DNA of 59,743 bases from Neolecta irregularis DAH-3 (taxonomy: Eukaryota): contig LXFE01000322.1 of assembly GCA_001929475.1 (NCBI GenBank), positions 1-59,743 of the forward strand, written 5' to 3'. Numbering within the stretch: position 1 is the stretch's first letter; the number at the start of each line of letters is the position of its first letter. Positions 44,351 to 56,239 of this stretch are shown here, in pieces. The translations under genes and the position numbers were made by a program. The notes beneath the pieces are model-generated. The model was not told where the DNA came from, searched no databases, and saw only the letters and a list, made by a program, of their open reading frames with translations.

Positions 44351-46027
44351 ATGTCCTGCAAAAACACCGACCATCTGAGGCCAACCTTCCAAGGATACTG
44401 TGCAACGACCCATGATGCCATGTTGATTTTTGAGGCGTGTCGTCGTGGCGTTTTGCATCCAATCCCACGTCGACCGAAGGACAAGGAGAAGGATCTCATC
44501 CGATCAGGAAACATATTCGTCTACTCTGAAGAAGATACGGGGATCAAACGCTGGACCGATGGTGTGCTACTTCGTCTTAACGGTAACCCTGCTGATTGTT
44601 CCCCTAGGTCTGCATTGGTCGCCGTCCCGGTAACTTTAATAGCGTTAGGGGCTACAAAGACTGACTCCTATAGGGTGCTCTCGAGCTTCCTGGTGTACCG
44701 TCAGCTGCGTGTAAAGTATCAGCCAGGAGAGCGAAAGAGGGTTGTAAATCGACAGCAACGCCCATCGTCATTCTCAGGGCCTTTCCCATTTCTCGAAAGG
44801 CTACCCCGAACGTCTAGTTCAGAAGGAAGCGTAGGATGTTTCTCGGATTATTCAATGGCTTCTAGTCGCGCAAACTCGGCCTGGATGGCAGCGAACGTCG
44901 ATGAAGAACGAAACCTTGTGGGAAGCTTGACGAATTCGTATGACTTTAAGCAAGACGGTCTCGTAAAGAAGACGTTGACGGTCTTCATTGACGAAAGGCC
45001 ATACCATCTCGTTTCCTATTATACCGTCAATGCAGTGAAAGAGAAGAAGCTCAATACGCCATCGAACTCGACTTTGCTTGGGAATATCATCATTCCAAAA
45101 GATTTCCTAGCAAAGCAGAACTTTCGTCTATATACATCCCCATTTACAAGCCCTAGGAGCTCATTTTCTGATGAAAAGGATCTGATCGAGCGTCCACCTA
45201 CAGAATCTCCTTACGAATTTTCGACGTTCGCGCCTCAGACTGGTTATTCTAATCCAGAATGCGAATCTATTCCTGTTACTCCTATTGCGATGGGTGGTGT
45301 CGCTCAACCATTATCGTACCATCAATATGGATCGTTTCCTTCAACCCCACTGGGTCCGATGTCACCATCAAAGGTGGCGAATAGTCCGTATATAGCGACA
45401 CCGCCTGGCTCGCATGGAGCACTGCCTATCAGCATGAATCCATCTTCAATGTTCTCAGGAAACAAAGACAATTCAGGTATCGGCGATGTTTCATTATTCC
45501 GCAGAACACCAATCACTGGAACGTTTTCACCTGCTCATTCTAGACACCCGTCGAGAAGTCCTACTCAGCCTCCAAGCCCTGCGCTTACGGTTGTGGAAAA
45601 GCAGGACCCCTATATATATCCAAAGGTTGGGATAGGTGCGCCAACTAGTACCTATACTACGGCAAACATGGCAAATAGACTGGATAATAAACCGACATTC
45701 GCATCGGAGTTTCAGGTACCGCGTATGATGTATCAGAATGGCATCAATCAACCACTTCATGAAGGTTTGACGAAAGAGCATTTCGCGAGTCTGACAGCGG
45801 CTTACGCTGCTCCACCAACTCCCGTCCCATTCTCGTTTTCGGATGCGCATGGCTCGACGGTCTATTATCCGAACGCTGGAAGAGAACGCGGAGAAAACGA
45901 TCCTCATTGGCACTTCTCTCATTCGCAGGGTAAGTTCGCCGGGCAGCAGACAGCCATTACCAACACCACAGCTTTTCCGGAGAAATTTGCCCCACGATAT
46001 GACTATTCACAAGAGAATACTCGATAG
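44351..46027 (+). CDS. WOPR-family transcription factor, Wor1/Gti1/Ryp1 subtype (introns 44562-44607 and 44630-44673)
   Basis: FQGYCATTHDAMLIFEAC, RSGNIFVY, GIKRWTDG/LHWSPSR/VLSSFLVYRQL, LVGSLTNSYDFKQDGLVKKT and HLVSYY. Confidence 0.9.
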   Translation: MSCKNTDHLRPTFQGYCATTHDAMLIFEACRRGVLHPIPRRPKDKEKDLIRSGNIFVYSEEDTGIKRWTDGVLLRLNGNPADCSPRSALVAVPVTLIALGATKTDSYRVLSSFLVYRQLRVKYQPGERKRVVNRQQRPSSFSGPFPFLERLPRTSSSEGSVGCFSDYSMASSRANSAWMAANVDEERNLVGSLTNSYDFKQDGLVKKTLTVFIDERPYHLVSYYTVNAVKEKKLNTPSNSTLLGNIIIPKDFLAKQNFRLYTSPFTSPRSSFSDEKDLIERPPTESPYEFSTFAPQTGYSNPECESIPVTPIAMGGVAQPLSYHQYGSFPSTPLGPMSPSKVANSPYIATPPGSHGALPISMNPSSMFSGNKDNSGIGDVSLFRRTPITGTFSPAHSRHPSRSPTQPPSPALTVVEKQDPYIYPKVGIGAPTSTYTTANMANRLDNKPTFASEFQVPRMMYQNGINQPLHEGLTKEHFASLTAAYAAPPTPVPFSFSDAHGSTVYYPNAGRERGENDPHWHFSHSQGKFAGQQTAITNTTAFPEKFAPRYDYSQENTR

Positions 46028-46443
46028 GTTCTCAGAATGAAGTTAATATGAGATGCAGGAGGTTGACGAGCTGTATTCGAAGTTTGTTTTCTTCGTATAT
46101 GTGCTTGAGGGATGGCAATAGTTTTGCATAGATTCAAAATCATATCTGATGTAATGAAACTTCTGTTGCAAAAATATCGATGCGATTACCAATGGATAGT
46201 TTCCTGGCGACCTGTTGGACATTTCATGGGTTCGAACCTTGACAGTGATTCAGGGATTCAGTTTCCACCGTGTGACCATTGATCTTCCTTTTGTCACATC
46301 CAAAATTGTCTGATAGTAAATGTAGCCTTCCATTATGTGGTGGAAAACCAAAGAAGGCTATGACATGACCACACGGAACAACTGCCCGTTTTGACGGAAC
46401 CATCTTGCCTTTAGATCACAATCTTGTTTTTTCAACTTCCAAT

Positions 46444-47502
46444 ATGGCGCTCTTAGGTTTCTTTGGCCGGACTCGGTTCCGAAATACTCCCGCTGCCGGA
46501 ATCGCTAGGGAATTTGCAGATTATATCAGTGGTTTTCAAATTCTTGTCTTGGGCAGACACCAAATCAGACATCATTCATCGTAGCTCCGCATGTTTTGCT
46601 GGATTATCAACGCTCATGTGTATAGTAAATCCGGTTTCTCTCCAAAGGTCTTCATTCGTCTTCGAGGGAACCGAGTTCCTATTTCCACTTCCTCAATTTC
46701 TGCCGAAAATCAACACAGCCAACCATCACTGAGAAAGAAACAACTCGATCGAATAAACATTCCTACGCCTCATGAAAATATATACACGATTCCCAACATC
46801 CTTACTTTCGCTCGTATTCTTTCTGCCCCGGCTATTGGATATTTCATACTTCATGATCAATACACCTTTGCGGTGGGACTGTTAGCAGTATCAGGCATGA
46901 CAGATTTTATTGATGGCTGGATCGCGAGAAAATGGAATCTCCAGACAGTTGTGGGATCAGTGATTGATCCGATGGCGGACAAGATGTTGATGACAGTCTT
47001 GACTGTATGTCTCTGCATTCAAGATTTGCTCCCATGTATCACTCGAACGTGATAAATTCTGATTGGCAGTACCTCTTGCAGTCATTATTCTTGGTAGAGA
47101 TGTTTTACTTGGGTTCTCTGCGATTTACTACAGATGGATTTCATTACCTTCCCCAAAAACGATGGTACGGTATTGGGATTTTTCAATACCTAGCGCAGAA
47201 GTTCACCCGACCAAGATCAGCAAGGTAATTCCATTTTACAAAATCGATTTTTTGAGATTTCCTAGATTAATACCGCGTTGCAATTGGTCCTGCTAGGTGT
47301 AAGTACTGCCCATCCTCTTCTTGGCACGGAATTTGACACAGCAATTACAGGATTTCAGTTCGTCGTTATAGCATACAGTACTTACATGTAAAGGTATCTC
47401 GTTGCATCGACAACCATTTGGTCCGGGTTCTCGTATGTGTTTAGTAAAAACGCTGTGAGGATCTTGAAGTATCCTTCATCCAGAACGTCTAAACACAAAT
47501 GA
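46444..47502 (+). CDS. CRD1: Cardiolipin synthase (CDP-alcohol phosphatidyltransferase), multi-exon
   Basis: HENIYTIPNILTFARI, TDFIDGWIARKWNLQTVVGSVIDPMADK and SAEVHPTKISK; a presequence-like first exon from ATG 46444 joins via a 45-nt intron. Confidence 0.92.
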
Positions 47503-48209
47503 TTGATTCGATACCTGTTTAGTGCGGGTAAAATCTGCATGCTAGTAAAGGTTTGAATAGCACAGGGAAGCTCAACATAAAGGAACTATGTCACCAATGG
47601 CAAAAAGCGAGATATCTGAAAAAAGTGTCACATAGGAAGGGTGGGTGTTTCTTTGTATGTCTGCCAAATAATGTTCATTCATTTGTCTTCACTAGCTATT
47701 TTGGAGGAACATGGGAGAGCGGGGCAGCCCTTCCTCCGTTTTATTTGTTGATTATTTTCTAGCTTAATACCAATAAATTGAAATACGAGATAAAAGAATG
47801 AGAACGAGGCAAAGAAAGAAGGAAGGATTCGGGTTTGCGGTTTGGACAGGATGTATAACAGCAATTTGCCCAAAGCCATAGCCAACACTGTCTCGATCTG
47901 AGCCATTAGTGTAAGGATAGATCCTCAGTATCCTGACTATTCTGGTCGATGGCTTGCATAATAAGGGCAACGGGGTATATAGAGCAGGGGGACTGCTACG
48001 CCTACCTTCGGTCCTCATCTACTTAAGCAAGGTATGTACCGTCGTAAGTCCTCATATACTTGAGCTAGAAATATAACAAACCTAGTCTTATTTGTAACCG
48101 AGGAGCTCCGCTTTCAGTTAGTGTTTAAGCTAAGAAAATCACCCAATTGGCCCTAGACATCCGAACAGGTAAAATGGGGCACCCCTGCCATTTTTGGTTT
48201 TCGCCAGAC

Positions 48210-48890
48210 ATGCGAGCTTTTTATCTTCAAGACGAACCGGACAACCCTAAGAACTACAACGACTCGGGAACAAGCGTTTCTGCAGAGGAACTACGGAACA
48301 CAATCGCTGTCGAAACATGGCACTTTGAAGGACCCGACGCGATGAACCTCATCGATGAAATGGCCGAGAAGAGAGGTTATACCTCTCGAGATCGTGTACA
48401 AATGCAAGCGTGGGATATCTTTTCCTTACTCCACAGGTGATAATATCTCCTCAAAGCATGGGAGACAAGTTTGAGACGATGTGCAAGAAATTTTATCAAG
48501 AGTATCACTTGCTTCTTCGTCGAATTCTGACAGGACGAGACACCTCCACGAAGATGAGGAGATTCGATATATTACAGGTGGCGAAGGGTTTTTCGATGTC
48601 AGAAGCATAGATGATAAGTGGATTCGTATCGTTGTATCTACTGGTGATTTTATTATCCTTCCAGCTGGAATTTACCATCGATTTACCCCCTCCAATAAAA
48701 ACCATACTGAGGCTACTCGTCTTTTCCAGAGTTATGTATGTCAATCTTAGTAATATCCTTGTTGATACTGACAAAGCCGAAATGGAACTCAATTTCTCGT
48801 CCAGAGGGAGACAAAGTACCTACTCGCGTAAATTATTTACAAACTATTAACGCGGCAGATCGAAGTTTCAAGTCTGTCTGCCCCATTTAG
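48210..48890 (+). CDS. ADI1: Acireductone dioxygenase (methionine salvage), paralog A
   Basis: [32 protein letters not shown] and RLFQ..PKW; three introns. Confidence 0.9.
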
Positions 48891-49716
48891 CTTCCATCCG
48901 GTTGTCTGGTTTCTTGCAACTTTTCCCTTTTTAACTAGCATTGCTTTTGCACTTTTGGTTTGTATACACGCAAACATATCAATGGAATGGCTCAAGCCTC
49001 CCACCAATCTTCTTTAATTATATCTGCACTTTCTGCCGATATCCATAACATTCGAACACGATACGTTAGTACTCGCAGAGCCTTATGGTCGTCTGAACAA
49101 CTCATGTTTGAGTGAAGGAACGACACGAAAATTTCAAGTCGCTTCCGAGAACAAGTTTTGGCCTGATGTCGCAGATATGCGTAGCGGGCAACCCAAGCTA
49201 GAACAGGGTTATTTTCCATTTCACAAAACCCAGACAGCGGTTAGTTCCGCTATTGCACCTTATAGCAAGATCTGTTTATTTTATCGAAGTTATATCATAT
49301 CACCCTTGTGAAAACTCTTCGATTGCAGCCAGCATTCATATCAATTCAAGATGCAAATTCAACCAATGAAATGGCTAACTTCGCCTCGTTATATTCTATT
49401 TCTCTCTTCCACGTTCCGTGATTTACGATCAAGAAATAGGGTCATTTGATTTATTGACATTCAAGCGCAGCAATGACATAGCTATCCTGAGAACTAGGCC
49501 AATTGTCAGTCGCCTGAGATCTTGTTATAGCGTCTCTGGTTAATCCGCAGCAGACATCGAAAGAACACCCGAGGACAGAGCTATTTTTCATTCCCTAAGC
49601 CCCGGCCCGCTCCCACACTAATCATGACTGGAGATCAGGTCATCATCACACCGAGGCTTCCGCAAATTTAGTATAAAAGCGGGCCGTTCTTCCTTCAAGT
49701 TCTCATCAACAGAGGA

Positions 49717-50338
49717 ATGCGAGCTTACTACCTCATTTGTGAACCTGAAGACTTCAAGGAATATCATGACTCCGGAATCGTAGTTACAGCAGAGGAACTT
49801 CGATGTACCGTCAATTTTCAATGTTGGCATTTTGAAGGACCTGACACAATGAAACACGTCAATGAGATCGCCGAGAAGAGAAATTATGCTTTCCGAGACC
49901 ATGTACGAGCCCCAGGACCGAGTCATTTATGGCTTACACTGCAGATTGTTATCTCACCTGAAGCCAATGGAGATGACTTTGAACCATTATGCAGGGGCTT
50001 TTATCAAGAGTATGGCTTTATTCCGTATTTAATTTCTAATAGAGCAAGACACACGCACACACAAGATGAAGCTCGATATATTACAGAAGGAGAGGGTCTC
50101 TGGGACGTTCGAACACCCGATGAGAAATGGATTCGTGTTATTGTGTCTACTGGGGATTTCATAGTCCTTCCACCAGGTGTTTACCATCGATTTACTCCTA
50201 CGGCGACGAATCTCGTTGCATCTCTACGATTTTTCAAGAACGATGTATACCACTTCTCAAAACGGGGATGGATACTGACTTACATAGCCGGCACGAGTGG
50301 CGGTTGCTCGTTCTGACGCAAGCGATACACATGCTTGA
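49717..50338 (+). CDS. Acireductone dioxygenase paralog B (divergent, shortened C-terminus)
   Basis: FYQEHTHTQDEARYI, WDVRT and VLPPGVYHRFT; same three intron positions as paralog A. Confidence 0.8.
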
Positions 50339-50653
50339 ACCTGCTTCTCGCAGATAGAACTTATAGAAAAGGTTGTACTTGGGTTGACCTTTCTAAGACC
50401 TTAACCATCATCGGCTGATATTTCATTTATCCTCTCCTTATTTTGTCATTGCTTTTGCTATTACTGGTGGCTACACCAAATGAGATACTGTGCTGTTTTG
50501 AAATGATTCTGGTTTACCTTCTAATTGACTTATCGGCGATCGCACCCCATCTCCTCTAATATTGTATTGTGTCGCCCTAAGAAAACTTCGTAATTGAGCT
50601 TTAATCCAAAATTAGTGGATGACTAATTTAGCAGTAGTTTTTCTTTTTTATTA

Positions 50654-52035
50654 TCAACAATAAGCATTATTTTCTCCAATTTCAAGCATTTGCTTCATTT
50701 GTTCGATTTCGCCCTTTTCCCATTTCGACACCTTGCCTTGCCATTTAGCACCTTTTCCGCCTCCTTTAACATGTTTCAATATGGTAGTTATTCGCGTCGT
50801 CATATTCTTTACTTTTACTGGATCTCCAACAACTATAATCGAGCCTCCGTTGTTTCCTTCTCCAGAAAACATCACTACCAGCCCAGTGATTTCTTGACCA
50901 AGTTGTATTGAGACATTCGTCAGAAAATCCAGGCCGGCCTCAGCACGATAAACATACGCCCTGCCTCTGCGCTCTAGCTCCATTCGAATCCGATTTGCTT
51001 CATCAGCAGCGACGATAAATCTCCAGTATTTTTCCTTTCGCTGTAAATTGCGAGTGAGTTCAAGACTGCTCTTGACTTTCTCTTCAACGTCGTCTATCCC
51101 GCAAGACAAATCTGCAGACACCGTTCGGAGTGATTTGTAAGATTTTGTCAGGAGACGAGCAACCCGGTCTCCGACCACGAAATGTAGGCGGAAATTAGTA
51201 CCACGAACAGGAGTAAGATGAAGTAGAACAATTTGTTGAAGGTAGCCTGTGTTCGTCACATGCGTCCCACAACATCTAAACCGTCAAAAAGCTCCGACTG
51301 GAAGGTCTCACGGATTTTTGTCAATCTCTCCGATTGTGATGACACGTACCAAACCAGAGGTGACATCATAATCTTTTGGTAAACTTGATACAGCCTCTTT
51401 TGTTGAGCTGACTGTGACTGGCACGAGATCACGTATCAATTTGTTGCAGCATATTTGAATCATTTCCTGTTCTTCGGCTGTTGGCTTTCTAGGAATTTCG
51501 ACAGAGCTCGTATCTAGATCAAGGCTCCAGCCTAAGGTGCTGATTCCGAAGTGGGTCTCCATTACCGCGGATAGAAGATGCTGGCCGCTATGCTGTTGCA
51601 TGTGGTCGTGTCTTCTGTAAGCTGTATCCTTCTCAGGGTAGATGCCTTCGTTGCCAGTTGACTTCAGCCAATACTAGGGATTCAGACTTAAATGGCTGGG
51701 ATGAAATGTGAATAGCTTCTAATCCTCGACGAAAAACGTAAAAGATTTCTGCTACTGTATCGCATGCCACACTTCTTAGCTTTCCGACGTCGCTTGGTTG
51801 ACCTCCTCCCTCTGGGAAAAATACTGGGGGCAGATCAATCGTTATCGATAACGTGATAATTACCAGTATCCTCAAGTATGATTTCCCATTTGTCAATGAT
51901 TTTATCCTGTGAACCTCCTAGTTCCGTCGCTGATTGTTCGACTTTTTCGCAAGATAAGACTTTTGTTTTCAGCGATTGAAGAAACGAGTCGTTTTGACAC
52001 GCAAGATTTCCTACTGGAGTTCCTTTAACAACCAT
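50654..52035 (-). CDS. Free-standing alanyl-tRNA editing protein (AlaX/Aarsd1 type), multi-exon
   Basis: VGNLACQNDSFL, EDT/VFFPEGGGQPSD, DHMQQHSGQHLLSA, NP/CCGTHV and KGGGKGAKWQGKV. Confidence 0.9.
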
Positions 52036-52357
52036 TTCCTTGGTTTGTAAAGGTCTATAAAAGACAAGATATGAGGACTTATTAATTTTGTCACTCAACG
52101 CAGTGATAATGGAACTTTGATTAAACCTTAGCAGATCGAGTTAACGTTGAGGAATCTGATTCGGAGTTTGGTCTCACTCATTTTTCTAGTCGCTTTTCAT
52201 GCTTCTCCATTTTCCATGGCCGATGTTTGATAGCGTTGCAAGACTATAATCTGCCTTGAACCTGTCCGTAAATTATCATTGAGTATTTTTTATTATTTCT
52301 TGTTTGATTTTGTGTTGGCGTTATCTTGATCATTCTAGAGACTTCGAAATTTAATCC

Positions 52358-53395
52358 ATGATCAACTTTTCTCCTGCTGCGGAACAAGCCATTGCAGGGC
52401 TTGCCGCAGGTGCTGCTTCGACCTTATGTATGCATCCTCTCGATTTGATCAAAACAAGAATGCAAGGTTTGGTTTTCTTTGGGTGTATAATGATCAATGT
52501 AGTGCAGACTGCATCATCTTCTCGTTATAGTTCGGTCATTTCATCACTCAGGGAACATATGCGCCAAGGCAGTCTGATACGAACGCTATACCGAGGCCTT
52601 CCACTCAACGTGGTTGGATCAGCTGCAAGTTGGGGAATTTACTTCATGTGGTACACCATTCGAATGGTAGTTACATCTACTAATCTGGAGAGGTACGATC
52701 AATTTAAAAGATTCTATCTTTCGCGAAAAATGAACTTGCATTCAGGAGATTATTTCATAGCTTCTGGGCTGGCTGGATCCGCCACCGCAATATGTACAAA
52801 TCCTCTATGGGTAGTAAAGACACGGATATTGACAAGCGATCGCGGCGCGAAGGGGGCTTACGACGGATTAATAGATGGACTTTTGAAGATTTCCAAGACT
52901 GAAGGAATCAAAGGTCTATATCGTGGATTAGTTCCTTCGTTATTTGGAGTTCCGCATGGTGCATTCCAATTTTTGGCCTATGAGAAATTGAAAGAATGGA
53001 GTCTCCGACGAAAACGCAAACTCGAGTCTTCCCAAGCTATGGTAGCAAATTCGAAGCGATCTAGGGTAGCTGATGATCAGACCAATACCGAATTCATACT
53101 CTACTCTGCTGTATCGAAGATATTTGCGTCCGTTGTGACATATCCTTATCAAGTTGTTAGATCGAGGCTGCAGGTCTCCTCAAATTCGACATATACACCA
53201 AGGAGTATAACGGCAAACACATGGAAGAGCGAAGGGCTCCCTGGGTTTTATAGAGGGCATATCGACTTTGACTGGATCACGCTTACTTGTAGAATATTCG
53301 CTCAGATCCTCCGAACTCTTCCGGGAACCTGCATAACTTTTCTAGTGTATGAGAACATCATAAAGTATTTTCGTACAAAATCATACACAAGATGA
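52358..53395 (+). CDS. FLX1: Mitochondrial FAD/folate carrier (Flx1/SLC25A32 type); four predicted in-frame introns
   Basis: HPLDLIKTRMQ, SWGIYF, TNPLWVVKTR, GVPHGAFQFLAYE, TYPYQVVRSRLQ and LPGTCITFLVYE. Confidence 0.85.
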   Translation: MINFSPAAEQAIAGLAAGAASTLCMHPLDLIKTRMQGLVFFGCIMINVVQTASSSRYSSVISSLREHMRQGSLIRTLYRGLPLNVVGSAASWGIYFMWYTIRMVVTSTNLERYDQFKRFYLSRKMNLHSGDYFIASGLAGSATAICTNPLWVVKTRILTSDRGAKGAYDGLIDGLLKISKTEGIKGLYRGLVPSLFGVPHGAFQFLAYEKLKEWSLRRKRKLESSQAMVANSKRSRVADDQTNTEFILYSAVSKIFASVVTYPYQVVRSRLQVSSNSTYTPRSITANTWKSEGLPGFYRGHIDFDWITLTCRIFAQILRTLPGTCITFLVYENIIKYFRTKSYTR

Positions 53396-53472
53396 TTTCA
53401 AAGTTCTAATTTCGCAGAGTAGACCCATACCCAATGTAAATGCGCGCAGAGAGAGAAAATTATTGCAAGGCT

Positions 53473-54857
53473 TCATGCTGAAAAACTACCCAATCCCAGA
53501 GCCCCTGTTAATTGCATTTCTGAATTCCGATCATTGCCAGGCAAAACTTGAAACTCCTCTGGAAGAGTAAACTCAAACGGCAAAACGGGCAATTGCGTCT
53601 CTTGAGGCTCTAAACTCGCCGCTCGGTTTCGGGAGCGGCGTTTTCGAGGTTTTGGGACATGTCCAGGCTCTTTCCCTCGACCTTTTATACCCTTATTTGA
53701 ATTTTTGTACAGTTTAGCGAAATACTCAAATATTTCGATATCTTTAGGGGTTTTCAACGTCGTCGGGCCCGCGCTTGAAAATTTCTGTATGTATTCTTCT
53801 AGGGTATTCTTGTGATGTCGATTCTGATGGCGCTGGAATATTAGATTATGTCTGAGAAAAAGCGATTTACCTTTAGATTACCCAGTTGCGCAAAACTCTG
53901 TTTGCAGCCTTCTAGCATACATGTAAAAGGTCGGTCAACGTTATGAGTCCGTTTGTGTGTTTTCAGATTACTCAGTTGTGTAAAACTCTTTCCGCAGTCG
54001 TCGTATGAACAAAGGTAAGGCTTGCTGCCGGTATGTTTCCTTTGATGGGTCTAGAGATCAGCAAACATTGACATTTGACGAACCGCAAGATTGCCTTTTT
54101 GCGCGAATGATTTGGTGCAGCTTAGGTGGTTACATTTGAAAGGCCTATCACCGGTGTGTGATCGCATATGAATTTCAAGGTGGGCGTTTTGAGGAAAAGA
54201 TCTTCTACAACCCGGGATTGTGCACTCGAAATTTCGCACATTCTTGGTTGTCTGCTTTGTAAAAGTTTCTCCATATCCCTCTTCGGCGATCTTGAGTTCT
54301 TCCTGCCTTAATGCAGCTTCGAACAACTGATGAATAGCGGGAGGGAAGTCGGGAATCCGAGGTACCCCTTTGGGCAGGCAATCGGAAGGAAGACCATTGT
54401 TGACAGTTTCTATGACAGCTGCTTTAGCCTTTGCCAATAACGATGCCTGTCTAGCCTTCTCTTCTGAATCGAGGTCCATTCCCTCGGGGATTTCCGTAAT
54501 TAAGCCATCTGTAGGTTTTACGGCTTGAATTTTTGCAACGAGGATATCGACCGACGATGGTTTCACAGGTTTGCTTATTCGGGGCGGGCCGTTTGACTTG
54601 CTCTCCGGATTTCCCAGGGCAGCATCTCGATTGGCTCTTTTGGACAGATTCCCTTGAGCAGATTGTTCTAGTGTGGAACCAGGACATAGTTGAGGCGAGG
54701 TGGGCAATTCGAAATCACCGCTAACAAAACTTGCAAAATCCGAGAAATTGAACGAGTTTAAGCCTGGAAAGTCGAGTAAAGATTCCAAGCTATCTATGGC
54801 GGAACCTTGTTGAGTGACGTTTTCGGAACTTGTGTGAGGACCGACGTCACCGGCCAT
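53473..54857 (-). CDS. AZF1: Azf1-like C2H2 zinc-finger transcription factor, three exons
   Basis: Four C2H2 fingers ([23 protein letters not shown]) followed by the Azf1 signature [20 protein letters not shown]. Confidence 0.85.
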
Positions 54858-55609
54858 AATCGTGCTGCGCTCAAGCGGCGACGGAAAAACAAAGATGCCG
54901 ATGGTGGTGAGTATTTTGGCACTAAATTGTTTCCCCCAGTTCAACTCAAAGCACCTATTAATCTCGTAATTGCAGACAAGATATATATTTTATGCGAACT
55001 GGATAAAGCCGGAATTGAAATTCTTGACAGTCCCTTCTTTCAAGATTAACCACATACAGAATGCCGCATCAATCTGTATTGTTACTAGGTGGCATTTCAT
55101 TCATAAATCCCCATTGATTGTTTTGCTCTTCAATTTTTAAGGACTTTTGCAGATTAAAAGCGTTTTTGAGAGAACTGCGACCGGGATTTGTGTGGAATCT
55201 ACGTAAAGGAAGGGTGTAGCCATAGCACAGAGTCTATGCCAAATTGACAGATAATGGCTAATGTAGAAACTCTGGGAATTCTGGGAAAAGGCTGGTTCTC
55301 AAGAGAGTGCGTGTCCTGCAAGGCTTGCTGAATAAAATGAAACTTGTGCTTGACTTGGAGAATTGAAATGTATCCTTTTCAAAGTCAAAGCATCTCGTTA
55401 AAGTTAAGACACAGGGATAAATAAATTACAAAAGGTAGAAAATCCGAGATAGTACTTGGGCGCATCAAAAAGTAGATCGCAGTGACTTTAAAGAGGTTTG
55501 TTTTATCTAATTTATGTATAAAACTGTCCAGTCCATATTTATAATAAAATATGAAACTGACAGCCAGCCTTAACCTCTGCTACATTTTTGTCACCCCCCA
55601 CGAAACTTC

Positions 55610-56239
55610 ATGGATTACTTTACTACTATACCTCTCCAGATAGCAGAAACCAAGAAGACAGTCTCTCTCACAACTCAAGCTCCACAAATCACCGGAAATT
55701 ATGCCGAAGAAGTCGCAAGGCTAAACAGCTTGTATAAATTTCTGGCCAACTACCAGAATGACCAAGGCGAAGACACACCTCTGCCTCAAGACAAGAAGAC
55801 TGTGCAGGCTATGAAGAACCGATCCGAACAGGTTACAAAGCTCAAAGATACCGGAAATGTCGCCTTTCGCAAAAACAACTTCCAGGAAGCTTTGAAATAT
55901 TATACCCTTGCAATTGAAATGTCAGCAAACAGGCCACCCTGGGAAAACAGCGTCCAGACGCGGGACGAGTTGGCTATTGTACTGTGCAATCGATCTGCAT
56001 GCTACATGTCGTTACAGAAATGGCCGGAAGCTTATGCCGATGCGGAGGGCGTTATTGAATTCAAGAGGCCGTGGAGCAAAGGCCATCTTCGACGAGGAAA
56101 GGCATTACAGATGCTAGGAAAATTGAAGGAGGCAAAGGAAGCTATTCAACTAGGACTGGAATTTGAACCTAATGACGAGGACTTGAAATCGGCGTTGATC
56201 CAGTTGAAAGAATTTGAGGAAAACAAAGGTAGCGAGTAA
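55610..56239 (+). CDS. SEC72: Sec63-complex TPR subunit Sec72
   Basis: RSEQVTKLKDTGN, AIEMSANRPPWE, LCNRSA and KRPWSKGHLRRGKAL. Confidence 0.85.
   Translation: MDYFTTIPLQIAETKKTVSLTTQAPQITGNYAEEVARLNSLYKFLANYQNDQGEDTPLPQDKKTVQAMKNRSEQVTKLKDTGNVAFRKNNFQEALKYYTLAIEMSANRPPWENSVQTRDELAIVLCNRSACYMSLQKWPEAYADAEGVIEFKRPWSKGHLRRGKALQMLGKLKEAKEAIQLGLEFEPNDEDLKSALIQLKEFEENKGSE

Noticed and set aside
46190..46290. GGTTCGAACC B-box-like motif suggesting a tRNA
   Set aside because: No acceptor stem, D-arm or A-box could be folded around it.
47679..48018. Short hydrophobic minus-strand ORFs between CRD1 and ADI1
   Set aside because: No recognisable homology or supporting exon structure; could be chance ORFs.
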